DNA of 64,000 bases from a virus. Within the stretch, counting starts at the first letter, position 1. The number at the start of each line of letters is the position of its first letter. The notes under the pieces were generated by a model. That model saw only the letters and a list, made by a program, of their open reading frames with translations. It was not told where the DNA came from and did no database searches. The stretch is from IMG/VR virus record IMGVR_UViG_3300009183_000002, positions 18,434 to 82,433 of that record. One strand, written 5' to 3'. The translations under genes were made by a program, and so were the position numbers. This document shows positions 36,827-44,236 of this stretch, in pieces.

Positions 36827-36881
36827 AGCGGGTGACCAGGTGCAAACCCTGGTCTAGCAATTGCCACACACTGAGTGTGGC
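36814..36881 (+). ncRNA. tRNA-like element 3 (type B) plus downstream hairpin
   Basis: GCTA/TAGC, ATCCGT/GCGGGT, GACCAGG-TGCAAAC-CCTGGTC; then GCCACAC-ACTGA-GTGTGGC. Confidence 0.65.
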
Positions 36882-36893
36882 TCACTCAAGACC

Positions 36894-37049
36894 ATGACAA
36901 CCACATATCAACAACTCCGTCAGTACTTTACTGAACAAGAGTTGGACAACGCAACAGTTATCACACGTCATGTGCAACACGATTTTCCGCACATGACATA
37001 CGCAGAGATTTACATCAACCTTCTGGTTCAGATGATTGCTGAACGTTGA
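36894..37049 (+). CDS. Small early protein
   Basis: ATG after element 3. Confidence 0.6.
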   Translation: MTTTYQQLRQYFTEQELDNATVITRHVQHDFPHMTYAEIYINLLVQMIAER

Positions 37050-37117
37050 GTACCAGGCGTGAGCCGGGGAATCAAATTCCCCACTCAACTATTGCCTCCC
37101 GCAGAGATAGGCACTGC
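37045..37117 (+). ncRNA. tRNA-like element 4 (type A) plus downstream pseudoknot
   Basis: GTTGAGT/ACTCAAC, GGC-GTGA-GCC, GGGGA-ATCAAAT-TCCCC; same pseudoknot as element 2. Confidence 0.65.
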
Positions 37118-37133
37118 ATACATAGAGTTATCC

Positions 37134-37418
37134 ATGGCTATCAACGGTGATCTTGACCTTAGTAAAGGTTGGATCAAACATGCCAATGTTCCAGGGGGTT
37201 ACTTCCTGGAATATACGGACGACGTTGTGTATCTCACTATCGTCACAGGCCCTCCAGGTTCTGGACTGATGGGCATTATTGCCCCAGGAGTAGAGACTAC
37301 ATACGAGGCCTGGCTTCCTGGTTTAGCCAACCCAACAGGTCATCTAACTCTCCAGGAGATACGTGGCGTCATTCGTTACCTTCATGAGAAGGCAATAGAA
37401 GATGCTATGTATGACTGA
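37134..37418 (+). CDS. Small early protein
   Basis: ATG after element 4. Confidence 0.65.
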   Translation: MAINGDLDLSKGWIKHANVPGGYFLEYTDDVVYLTIVTGPPGSGLMGIIAPGVETTYEAWLPGLANPTGHLTLQEIRGVIRYLHEKAIEDAMYD

Positions 37419-37494
37419 GCTGTAGTACTGCACTACAAGGTGTAGGGCTAGGTGCAACTCCTAGCCTCAGTAATTGCCACACACTGAGTGTGGC
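37414..37494 (+). ncRNA. tRNA-like element 5 (type B) plus downstream hairpin
   Basis: ACTGA/TCAGT, GGCTAGG-TGCAACT-CCTAGCC; same hairpin as element 3. Confidence 0.6.
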
Positions 37495-37506
37495 TTAACT
37501 TAACTC

Positions 37507-37707
37507 ATGTCACTTATCAAGAACGCATACGTATGTGTTGTGAATGGTGAACCAGAACTGTTCCAGACGCAACAACAAGCAGAAGATCATGCCATGGAAC
37601 TTAGCTTCGCATGGTATGACGCACAGCTTGATGTTCCGGCTCCACGACTGGCAGTCATGTCAGTTACCAACTGGTTACAGCTTCAATCACAACTAGTTCT
37701 TGTCTAA
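37507..37707 (+). CDS. Small early protein
   Basis: ORF. Confidence 0.6.
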   Translation: MSLIKNAYVCVVNGEPELFQTQQQAEDHAMELSFAWYDAQLDVPAPRLAVMSVTNWLQLQSQLVLV

Positions 37708-37732
37708 CATTTATTAATTTCAATTCAAACCA

Positions 37733-37957
37733 ATGCAAATCTATCAACCCTGCATCGATTCACATGACAGAGTTATCTGGAATGGCGGTGATTCTACTCA
37801 ACTCCATTTCCAATTTGACGATGGTCACTTTGGTGAAACAGAATGGATCGATGAGTACACACGTACTTTTATGGAATTCCCTACCAGCATGAGTGCCCTT
37901 CACGCAGCAATGGTTGACTTGTACAACTATTGTTCTGCTGGTCTACATAACTTCTAA
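37733..37957 (+). CDS. Small acidic early protein
   Basis: ORF. Confidence 0.6.
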   Translation: MQIYQPCIDSHDRVIWNGGDSTQLHFQFDDGHFGETEWIDEYTRTFMEFPTSMSALHAAMVDLYNYCSAGLHNF

Positions 37958-37970
37958 TTTGATTCAAATT

Positions 37971-38019
37971 TGATGTTTGCCCAGAGGGTTTCGGCCCTTT
38001 CTGCAGACTTCATGTCTGC
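37971..38019 (+). repeat. Long-stem (RNase III-like) refolding element, copy 1
   Basis: TGATGTTTGC...GCAGACTTCA stem with UUCG-capped inner hairpin; alternative GCAGAC/GTCTGC hairpin. Confidence 0.6.
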
Positions 38020-38044
38020 TATCAACTCAACCTAGTTCAATACC

Positions 38045-38302
38045 ATGAACGTTGCACAAGTTGAACATCTTCTAATCCACGATGCCCGGCTATTGGCTCG
38101 TCGAGACTCCAATGCCCATCTACCTTGTATCGATTGGAACATCGAAGAGAAGCGTCAAGCTGCTCTCGAATTGTTCTATGAGTTCCAAGATGGCATGGCT
38201 AAGTTCGAAGACCTGCTGCCAATCTGTGCCATACTTCAGAAGAAGGTTGACATCAACCGACTAGCACTGAAGTGGGAACAGGAGTACGGCATCGAAGACT
38301 AA
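38045..38302 (+). CDS. Small early protein
   Basis: ORF flanked by repeat elements. Confidence 0.65.
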   Translation: MNVAQVEHLLIHDARLLARRDSNAHLPCIDWNIEEKRQAALELFYEFQDGMAKFEDLLPICAILQKKVDINRLALKWEQEYGIED

Positions 38303-38303
38303 C

Positions 38304-38353
38304 TGATGTTTGCCCAGAGGACTCCGGTCCTCTCTGCAGACTTCATTGTCTGC
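38304..38353 (+). repeat. Long-stem refolding element, copy 2
   Basis: Same outer stem; covarying inner AGAGGAC-TCCG-GTCCTCT. Confidence 0.6.
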
Positions 38354-38390
38354 CGTAGATACATATGTACTACGCCACTAACTCAACTCA

Positions 38391-38753
38391 GTGTTAACCA
38401 TGCTTAAAGTCAACGGCACCGGTAAGATTATCCACACTCGTCTCGCCACCTTTGACGACAAAGAGTGGCTGGAAGTTACTATCGCCTACGAAGATGCCAA
38501 GCAAAACAAGCTGCGGGTGGTAGTCACCAATAGCAATGGCTTGCTCTCTGCTGTAAAAGCAGGTGAAGACCTAGTCAATACCTGGGTCGTCTTCCATGGC
38601 GACTTAGCTATCAACCGCGTCCGCTCCCACTACACAGAAGACGGTGTTCATAAAACACTCAAGTGTCCAGAAATCCGTCTTAACTACGCTTATTTAGAGC
38701 GTATGCCAATGAGCAAAACTGTAACATCAGTTGAACAAACTGCAGTTGCTTGA
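38391..38753 (+). CDS. Possible OB-fold/SSB-like protein
   Basis: Beta-strand pattern resembling SSB (G.I...VTIA...VVFHGDL). Confidence 0.5.
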   Translation: MLTMLKVNGTGKIIHTRLATFDDKEWLEVTIAYEDAKQNKLRVVVTNSNGLLSAVKAGEDLVNTWVVFHGDLAINRVRSHYTEDGVHKTLKCPEIRLNYAYLERMPMSKTVTSVEQTAVA

Positions 38754-38834
38754 CGCCTACACTTAACCCTTCCCTATGATACGGCATCGTATCGCTCGGT
38801 AGGTTTTCTGTAGGCCTCACACCTGAGGTCTACA
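38751..38834 (+). repeat. Long-stem refolding element, divergent copy 3
   Basis: TGACGCCTACA...TGTAGGCCTCA then alternative partner TGAGGTCTACA. Confidence 0.55.
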
Positions 38835-38856
38835 TCAACACTACTAACCTGCCTAC

Positions 38857-39069
38857 GTGAAACACATTATCAAACTAGACAAAGGCAAGTACATCCAACT
38901 TGATTCTTATGGTGAGCAAACTACTCATCCATTAGAACCATTCATCGTTGGATTCTTTGTCACTGCTATCGCCGCAATCACTGTTGGTGCAGTACTTGGT
39001 ACTGATGTAACCAAGCTTATCCAAATGCCCAACCACTCAACTCAACCAACTCAACCCCTCAAGCCATGA
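38857..39069 (+). CDS. Small membrane protein
   Basis: One TM helix. Confidence 0.6.
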   Translation: MKHIIKLDKGKYIQLDSYGEQTTHPLEPFIVGFFVTAIAAITVGAVLGTDVTKLIQMPNHSTQPTQPLKP

Positions 39070-39263
39070 CTAACCTTTCCCCCGCCGCGCAGGCTGTGTT
39101 GGATGCCTTCAGTGAACGCTACGAGCTTTGCGGCCCGTTCGATGGCAACTGGCAGGAGCTGTGCCTCGCCGCCGCCCTTCGCGCTGCTGCGCCAATGATG
39201 GAGTGTGTGCAAGATCACCTAAAACTCCTCGCCATCGCCGCCGAACTGGAGGCACAGCCGTGA
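39066..39263 (+). CDS. LSPAAQAVLDA-family small protein, paralog 1
   Basis: Paralogous to next ORF; GC-rich. Confidence 0.7.
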   Translation: MTNLSPAAQAVLDAFSERYELCGPFDGNWQELCLAAALRAAAPMMECVQDHLKLLAIAAELEAQP

Positions 39264-39505
39264 CTGACCAATTTCCTGACGCCACGAAAATGGTCCTTTC
39301 CCCCGCCGCGCAGGCTGTGTTGGATGCCGCAATGACCACTCCCATAGTTCTTGGTTGCTACACAGCAACTCGCAGTCATCAAATTGCCGCCGCCCTTCGC
39401 GCTGTTGCAGATCAGGTTGAGCCTGAGGGTGGCACACCTGCTGAGGTGCAGCAAGTGCTTGACAAACTTCTTACTATTGCCGCCGAACTAGAGGCACAAC
39501 CATGA
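39260..39505 (+). CDS. LSPAAQAVLDA-family small protein, paralog 2
   Basis: GTGA coupling; shares LSPAAQAVLDA, AAALRA, IAAELEAQP. Confidence 0.7.
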   Translation: MTDQFPDATKMVLSPAAQAVLDAAMTTPIVLGCYTATRSHQIAAALRAVADQVEPEGGTPAEVQQVLDKLLTIAAELEAQP

Positions 39506-39750
39506 CTCATTACGTAGCACTTGTCACGGACCTAACCGGTCGCTATGCTAACGTCCTGGTCCAGGCCAACACCTGGGACCAAGCCATTGACCAGCTCGAA
39601 GATGCTGGCTGTGAAGTAATCGAAGATCAATCTGAAGATTACGAAGAGTATGGCATTGGGCTACTCCCACAACTTGAAGAACTCAAGGGTGTGGACGTCA
39701 TCCCCATCAATGAGCTAACTACTCATTCAGACTTTGTTGTACACAACTAA
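39502..39750 (+). CDS. Small acidic protein
   Basis: ORF, ATGA coupling. Confidence 0.6.
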   Translation: MTHYVALVTDLTGRYANVLVQANTWDQAIDQLEDAGCEVIEDQSEDYEEYGIGLLPQLEELKGVDVIPINELTTHSDFVVHN

Positions 39751-39983
39751 TCACATGATGCTTACTGATCAACTCGATTTCAACAACCCCGATCATGTCA
39801 CAGTTTGCTGTAAGAATGATCGACTAACTATCTACATCAGCAACAATAAGTCTTCTGTGCGTTTAACTTACGCACTACAAACAGAAGATAGTTGCTCACC
39901 CCCACCACCCCCACTGCAGCAGTCGTAACCACATCAATGGTTTAAGAGTGCCAGGGGGGGGATCTAAAATCTAATAGTTGAAT

Positions 39984-40010
39984 GGACCTGAGTACGTCCT
40001 TAAACTACTC
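39984..40010 (+). ncRNA. H-type pseudoknot element, copy 1
   Basis: GGAC/GTCC stem 1; GAGTA/TACTC stem 2; TTAAAC linker. Confidence 0.65.
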
Positions 40011-40066
40011 GGATTCCTGATAACTGACAGTTATCGGGATTCCAACTATCCCATTGCAACTCAACA

Positions 40067-40213
40067 TTGACTTACTCACAACCAGAACTTGATCAACTCC
40101 AGGACCAAGCCGTTGCTGACTACGTAGACGCAATGGCGGACCTGGCCTACGAAATGGCTAATGCATTACGCGAACAATACGAGCCTGACTACTATGAAGA
40201 CGCAGCAATCTAA
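40067..40213 (+). CDS. 48-aa acidic protein (MTYSQPELDQLQDQAVADYVDAMADLAYE...)
   Basis: Hand-translated, TTG start. Confidence 0.5.
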   Translation: MTYSQPELDQLQDQAVADYVDAMADLAYEMANALREQYEPDYYEDAAI

Positions 40214-40634
40214 CTATGACACCGTCACATTAATTGTGGCGGGTGTCTACATCCTATTCACCTTACTCATCCAAGCAATCACATGGCTCTTACAACGGAA
40301 CAACAACTCATTGCCTACGCAGTTGGCTACGAACCCCTCACTGGTGACGAAGCTGAACTCCAGTTCGAACCAGAAGTTAACTACGATCCAAACGAAGGAG
40401 GTATCCCCAAGCCCGGTAGTATCTACCGAAACAAGCGTGGAACCTATCGCTACTACTGGGTACCAAGCGGAGGTAACTACAGTCGTGAAGAACGTAAAGA
40501 CCTCGAAGGTTGGTACGACATCCCGTGCCTCGAAGACCTCGAAGAGTGGACCTTCGACTCAGTCTGCTTCACGCCAGGTGAAGACGAGGTCGAACCAGAC
40601 CATCCAGACAGCTGGATTAGGCTTCTCTACCTAA
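40194..40634 (+). CDS. Possible overprinted membrane-anchored S/T/K-rich protein
   Basis: Clear TM helix then low-complexity tail overlapping 40283-40639 in another frame. Confidence 0.4.
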   Translation: MKTQQSNYDTVTLIVAGVYILFTLLIQAITWLLQRNNNSLPTQLATNPSLVTKLNSSSNQKLTTIQTKEVSPSPVVSTETSVEPIATTGYQAEVTTVVKNVKTSKVGTTSRASKTSKSGPSTQSASRQVKTRSNQTIQTAGLGFST

Positions 40635-40639
40635 TCTAA
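40283..40639 (+). CDS. Hypothetical acidic protein
   Basis: EEWTFDSVC.TP..D.VEPDHPDSW motif. Confidence 0.7.
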   Translation: MALTTEQQLIAYAVGYEPLTGDEAELQFEPEVNYDPNEGGIPKPGSIYRNKRGTYRYYWVPSGGNYSREERKDLEGWYDIPCLEDLEEWTFDSVCFTPGEDEVEPDHPDSWIRLLYLI

Positions 40640-41094
40640 CGACGCATCATCCGTTGACGCATTGCTGCAGCAGCAGGATCTAATGTGTCGTAACCACCTC
40701 CAGTGGACGCAGGAAATGCCATGTCAGTTCCAAGGCTAGTGACTGCAGCCGCACCTAAGGTAGGCAACGAGCCTACTGCACCTGCTGTTGCTAGCCCCGG
40801 AGCTGCATAACGCATTCCTTTAGATATCACATTACCTACTGCGTTACCTACTGCATCAATGCCTCTACTCCCTGCATAATCAAGTATTAATCCAGCTATT
40901 CCACTTTTATTTGCATTAGATGCATTCACTGCTGTGTTCAAAGAATTACCTCGACCAAACATCTTGTTCAACTGCAAAGCAGATAAACTTTCAAGTGGTT
41001 GCCCAGGTAATCTTGATGCATCAAACTCAGCTCCTTCATTAAAAGCTCCAGGATTATTGTTAAATATTCCTGCAAACTTACCAGCTAACTCCAT
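40636..41094 (-). CDS. Virion-type G/A-rich protein inverted within early region
   Basis: MELAGKF start and glycine zippers like late-block genes. Confidence 0.6.
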   Translation of the reverse strand: MELAGKFAGIFNNNPGAFNEGAEFDASRLPGQPLESLSALQLNKMFGRGNSLNTAVNASNANKSGIAGLILDYAGSRGIDAVGNAVGNVISKGMRYAAPGLATAGAVGSLPTLGAAAVTSLGTDMAFPASTGGGYDTLDPAAAAMRQRMMRR

Positions 41095-41246
41095 TGATCC
41101 TTTACTGTTACACCTAGTTTAACTCAGGGGTATTGACAGATAACTACTGTCCACCCCCTGCACCCCCGTCAAGAGTACCAGGAATACCTTTAATCTCTTA
41201 AGGTACTTCCTTCTAACTATCCCCTATCCCCTCACTAACTAATCTC

Positions 41247-41498
41247 ATGACAGTAGCAGACTATCCTGATGACATCAATGATTACTACAAAGCTAAAGCT
41301 AGAGACTTACCTACACGTAACCGTACTACTGTCGATGATCTAATGGATGCATTGGACTATACAGTAATCGATGCACTGCACCATGGTGGTTCCAATGATG
41401 CAATCGAGGAAGCATTCGATGCAGTAATCAATCATCCAGACAGTACCTGGTCAAGGGATGTCCTTAGCTATCGCATACGCCAAGTCCATTACAAGTAA
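41247..41498 (+). CDS. Hypothetical protein
   Basis: ORF. Confidence 0.6.
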   Translation: MTVADYPDDINDYYKAKARDLPTRNRTTVDDLMDALDYTVIDALHHGGSNDAIEEAFDAVINHPDSTWSRDVLSYRIRQVHYK

Positions 41499-41530
41499 CC
41501 GAGCAAGTACCGCGCATGCACCGAGCATGT
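41498..41530. repeat. Three tandem 11-bp repeats
   Basis: ACCGAGCAAGT ACCGCGCATGC ACCGAGCATGT. Confidence 0.75.
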
Positions 41531-41851
41531 ACTCATACGGCAAGGTTAAGAATAAGTTAATGATGTATTGGCTGTTTTGTGTACTCAACTAATACATCAG
41601 TCATACCAAGGGGTTAGACCATTTTGTTGACATCAACAAGATGGTTAAGCATGGAGTTGGTTCGCATTAGAACCTAAGTTTGGTGCGGCCAGACACTCCA
41701 TGCATTTCCATTGGCCTGAACAATGGAACCCCTAACGAAACAACCAGTGGCCACTGGGTCTTGCAAGACTCAGTCATCGTAACACTTGTTACGTGCCCAT
41801 GGCCAAGGGTTGACAGCCATGATAGATTACACACTCACTCAACTGAAACTC

Positions 41852-42070
41852 ATGTCCCTAATCAACGACGCACCCAAGCCACGCATCCCTGATGCAGTAG
41901 ATCGCCAACGCCTTGAAGCTATGCAACTTGTTGCGCGGATGAAAGAATCTGCAGATAAGTTTGGTGTTGGATTCGTCGGTGGCTTTATTAGTCCCGACGG
42001 ACAAAAGTTTATGATGACCAACATGGACGAAGCTGATACTCAGGCACTACTGCCAGAGGATCTCAAATGA
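41852..42070 (+). CDS. Hypothetical protein
   Basis: ORF; start moved to ATG 41852. Confidence 0.6.
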   Translation: MSLINDAPKPRIPDAVDRQRLEAMQLVARMKESADKFGVGFVGGFISPDGQKFMMTNMDEADTQALLPEDLK

Positions 42071-42372
42071 ACGACGAGATTGATTACATTCTCGAGACGT
42101 TTAACTTTGAACGTGTCCATGTAGCAATGACTGCTCTCGATTGGTGGTGGACTGATCCACATGAAGTACCAACAATTGCACGTCTTAAGAAACGTGCACA
42201 AATATTGTTAGAGGTTGCATACAAAGAGCACATTACTATTGCTACCGGTGGACTACAAGCTATGTACTATCCACCGATCAAAGACTCAGATCTATTAGTA
42301 GACTCTGGTCCAATCCTTTCATTAAGCTTTGTGTTAACTGAAACCAACTCTGAGGATTACAACGATGACTAA
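42067..42372 (+). CDS. Hypothetical protein
   Basis: FNFERVH.AM..LDW.W...P....LK..A..LL...TGG motif. Confidence 0.7.
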   Translation: MNDEIDYILETFNFERVHVAMTALDWWWTDPHEVPTIARLKKRAQILLEVAYKEHITIATGGLQAMYYPPIKDSDLLVDSGPILSLSFVLTETNSEDYNDD

Positions 42373-42706
42373 CCAACACCCAATCACCCCACCGCCTGAG
42401 CTGATGCAGCAGTGGCGCCATAGTTGGCTTCCCAGTCATGGTGAGTTTGTTGAATACGTTGCCACCCAAGCCGCCCGCTGGGGCGCCGACCATGAGCTTG
42501 AGGCGTGTTGTGAGTACATGCAGCACGAAGACTTCCACGGCTTTGCCACCGAACTCCGCGCCGCCCGCCGCCCCAAACCTCCGACGCTGAAGAAGCAGGC
42601 GCTGACTGCAATGCTTCACTTGCAAAAGGCTGCAGAAACTAATATGGATACCATTGAAGCTGTGCACATTATCTGCCGCGCACTGGAAGCATTACCAAAT
42701 GACTGA
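42365..42706 (+). CDS. GADQELEACC-family protein, paralog 1
   Basis: Paralogous to next ORF. Confidence 0.7.
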   Translation: MTNQHPITPPPELMQQWRHSWLPSHGEFVEYVATQAARWGADHELEACCEYMQHEDFHGFATELRAARRPKPPTLKKQALTAMLHLQKAAETNMDTIEAVHIICRALEALPND

Positions 42707-43064
42707 CCTTATCCCGACCCCAAATCAACTCCAGTATTGGATAGATAAAATCTGCTACCCCCACGAACAAGGAGTTGGTCCTTCACTCAAGGACAAAGAG
42801 TTGGCAGCTTTAGCATTCAAAGCTGGCGCCGACCAGGAGCTGGAGGCGTGTTGCCAATACATAAATGAAGCTAGGTGGTTTGGTAATCCAACTCATCGCA
42901 AAGACCCATTGGTTGAACTTCGCGCCGTTCGCCGCCCCAAGCCGCCGAGTTTGAAGGAGCAGGCGTTGGCATTGGTGAGCCATGACTTCTCAGATCAACC
43001 GTGTCTTAGTGAGGAGGGTTACGCCCTTATCCGCCGCGCACTGGAGGCATTGCCCAATGACTAA
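42699..43064 (+). CDS. GADQELEACC-family protein, paralog 2
   Basis: Shares GAD.ELEACC, ELRA.RRPKPP.LK.QAL, RALEALPND. Confidence 0.7.
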   Translation: MTDLIPTPNQLQYWIDKICYPHEQGVGPSLKDKELAALAFKAGADQELEACCQYINEARWFGNPTHRKDPLVELRAVRRPKPPSLKEQALALVSHDFSDQPCLSEEGYALIRRALEALPND

Positions 43065-43254
43065 GAAATCTGTAATCAATTTTGATCAAACCATTGCCGG
43101 AATTAACATTTCTGAGCATGGAATACGATCTTTTAGCAAATCATTTAAACTTGGACCGTTTCAACTCACGTTGAACGCCCGTAACTCTGGTGTCCGTGGA
43201 TCGATCTCGATCCCTGGCACAGGGTTGTCCAAGCGCAACCTGAAACTTCTCTGA
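43057..43254 (+). CDS. DUF4236-like protein
   Basis: FSKSFKLGPF.L.LN...G...SIPGTGLS. Confidence 0.65.
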   Translation: MTKKSVINFDQTIAGINISEHGIRSFSKSFKLGPFQLTLNARNSGVRGSISIPGTGLSKRNLKLL

Positions 43255-43264
43255 TCTAACTCAC

Positions 43265-43462
43265 ATGACATCAACTCAACTCCACGCCATGATCACACTG
43301 ATGGATCAATACGGAGGCTCATTTGTATCCGCACTTGCACAAGCATTACGCTATGCAGATCCAACTAATCGTCAACGTTTGCTTGATGCATTCCCTGATA
43401 TCGTTGCCAAGTATGGTCCTGGTACCAGGTTTGCACAAGTCAAACAACCTATCGAGGTCTAA
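43265..43462 (+). CDS. Hypothetical protein
   Basis: YGGSFV.ALA.A...AD..N..RL..AFP motif. Confidence 0.7.
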   Translation: MTSTQLHAMITLMDQYGGSFVSALAQALRYADPTNRQRLLDAFPDIVAKYGPGTRFAQVKQPIEV

Positions 43463-43465
43463 CGC

Positions 43466-43726
43466 ATGTCAGTCCTAGCTATCCACAGATTACAAATTAC
43501 AGATGACTATTGCACAGTTGAAGCACTGGTTGAAAACAGTATCCTTGTTTATCCACCATCAAACATCAGCCCTGCTGAGTTTGATCATGGAGTATGTGAA
43601 GCAAGGTTTATTGTGGATACAGAGGAATCAATTCCTGTGGATGAAGATGACTTCTGTAGCTATCTTGATTCACTCAATCTGGATTGGCGACTGGTCGAAG
43701 TTGACAACTCCGATCTAGACGTGTAA
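43466..43726 (+). CDS. Hypothetical acidic protein
   Basis: ORF. Confidence 0.65.
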   Translation: MSVLAIHRLQITDDYCTVEALVENSILVYPPSNISPAEFDHGVCEARFIVDTEESIPVDEDDFCSYLDSLNLDWRLVEVDNSDLDV

Positions 43727-43731
43727 CCTAC

Positions 43732-43759
43732 CGTCCTAAGCATGACGTTAAACTGCTTA
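43732..43759 (+). ncRNA. H-type pseudoknot element, copy 2
   Basis: CGTC/GACG; TAAGCA/TGCTTA. Confidence 0.65.
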
Positions 43760-43790
43760 TCAAATCACACATCCCTTAACATTTAATCTA

Positions 43791-44168
43791 ATGACTTTCC
43801 CTTCTGGTTCTACTATCAACGAATGGTTTCAAAGCGCACACTCTGATGCTCTTGCAGCAGGAGGTAGTGTATACAACATAAAGAAACATGCTGAAGAACA
43901 GCTTGTTAAAACTGTTCTACGTTGGTCATACGCTAGCTTGATTCAAGATTTAGAACAACTTGGTTACCGCGACAGGTCAAGGGTTGTTATTCATATACAA
44001 GAACTAGCAAACAGTTTGTACAGTACAAACAATGAAGAGTTTACCGATGATTATGAAGATGAAGACAGCAATGAGTATACAGAAGATAACAATGATCTTG
44101 ATCAAGTTTTAATGACAAAGGAAGCACTCATCGATTTGCTAAATGAAACTATTAAAACTCTTAGTTAA
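43791..44168 (+). CDS. Hypothetical acidic protein flanked by 36-bp direct repeats
   Basis: ORF. Confidence 0.6.
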   Translation: MTFPSGSTINEWFQSAHSDALAAGGSVYNIKKHAEEQLVKTVLRWSYASLIQDLEQLGYRDRSRVVIHIQELANSLYSTNNEEFTDDYEDEDSNEYTEDNNDLDQVLMTKEALIDLLNETIKTLS

Positions 44169-44181
44169 TTAAATAACCTAC

Positions 44182-44209
44182 CGTCCTAAGCATGACGTTA
44201 AACTGCTTA
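44182..44209 (+). ncRNA. H-type pseudoknot element, copy 3
   Basis: Identical to copy 2. Confidence 0.65.
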
Positions 44210-44236
44210 ACATTACTCACTCACTACAAACTCACT

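Noticed and set aside
36274-37494. Elements as genuine tRNA genes
   Set aside because: No anticodon arm or D-arm of canonical geometry and no CCA
36274-38834. Repeats as a CRISPR array or integron attC sites
   Set aside because: Intervening segments are whole ORFs of variable length, repeats vary with RNA-type covariation, and no cas or integrase gene is visible
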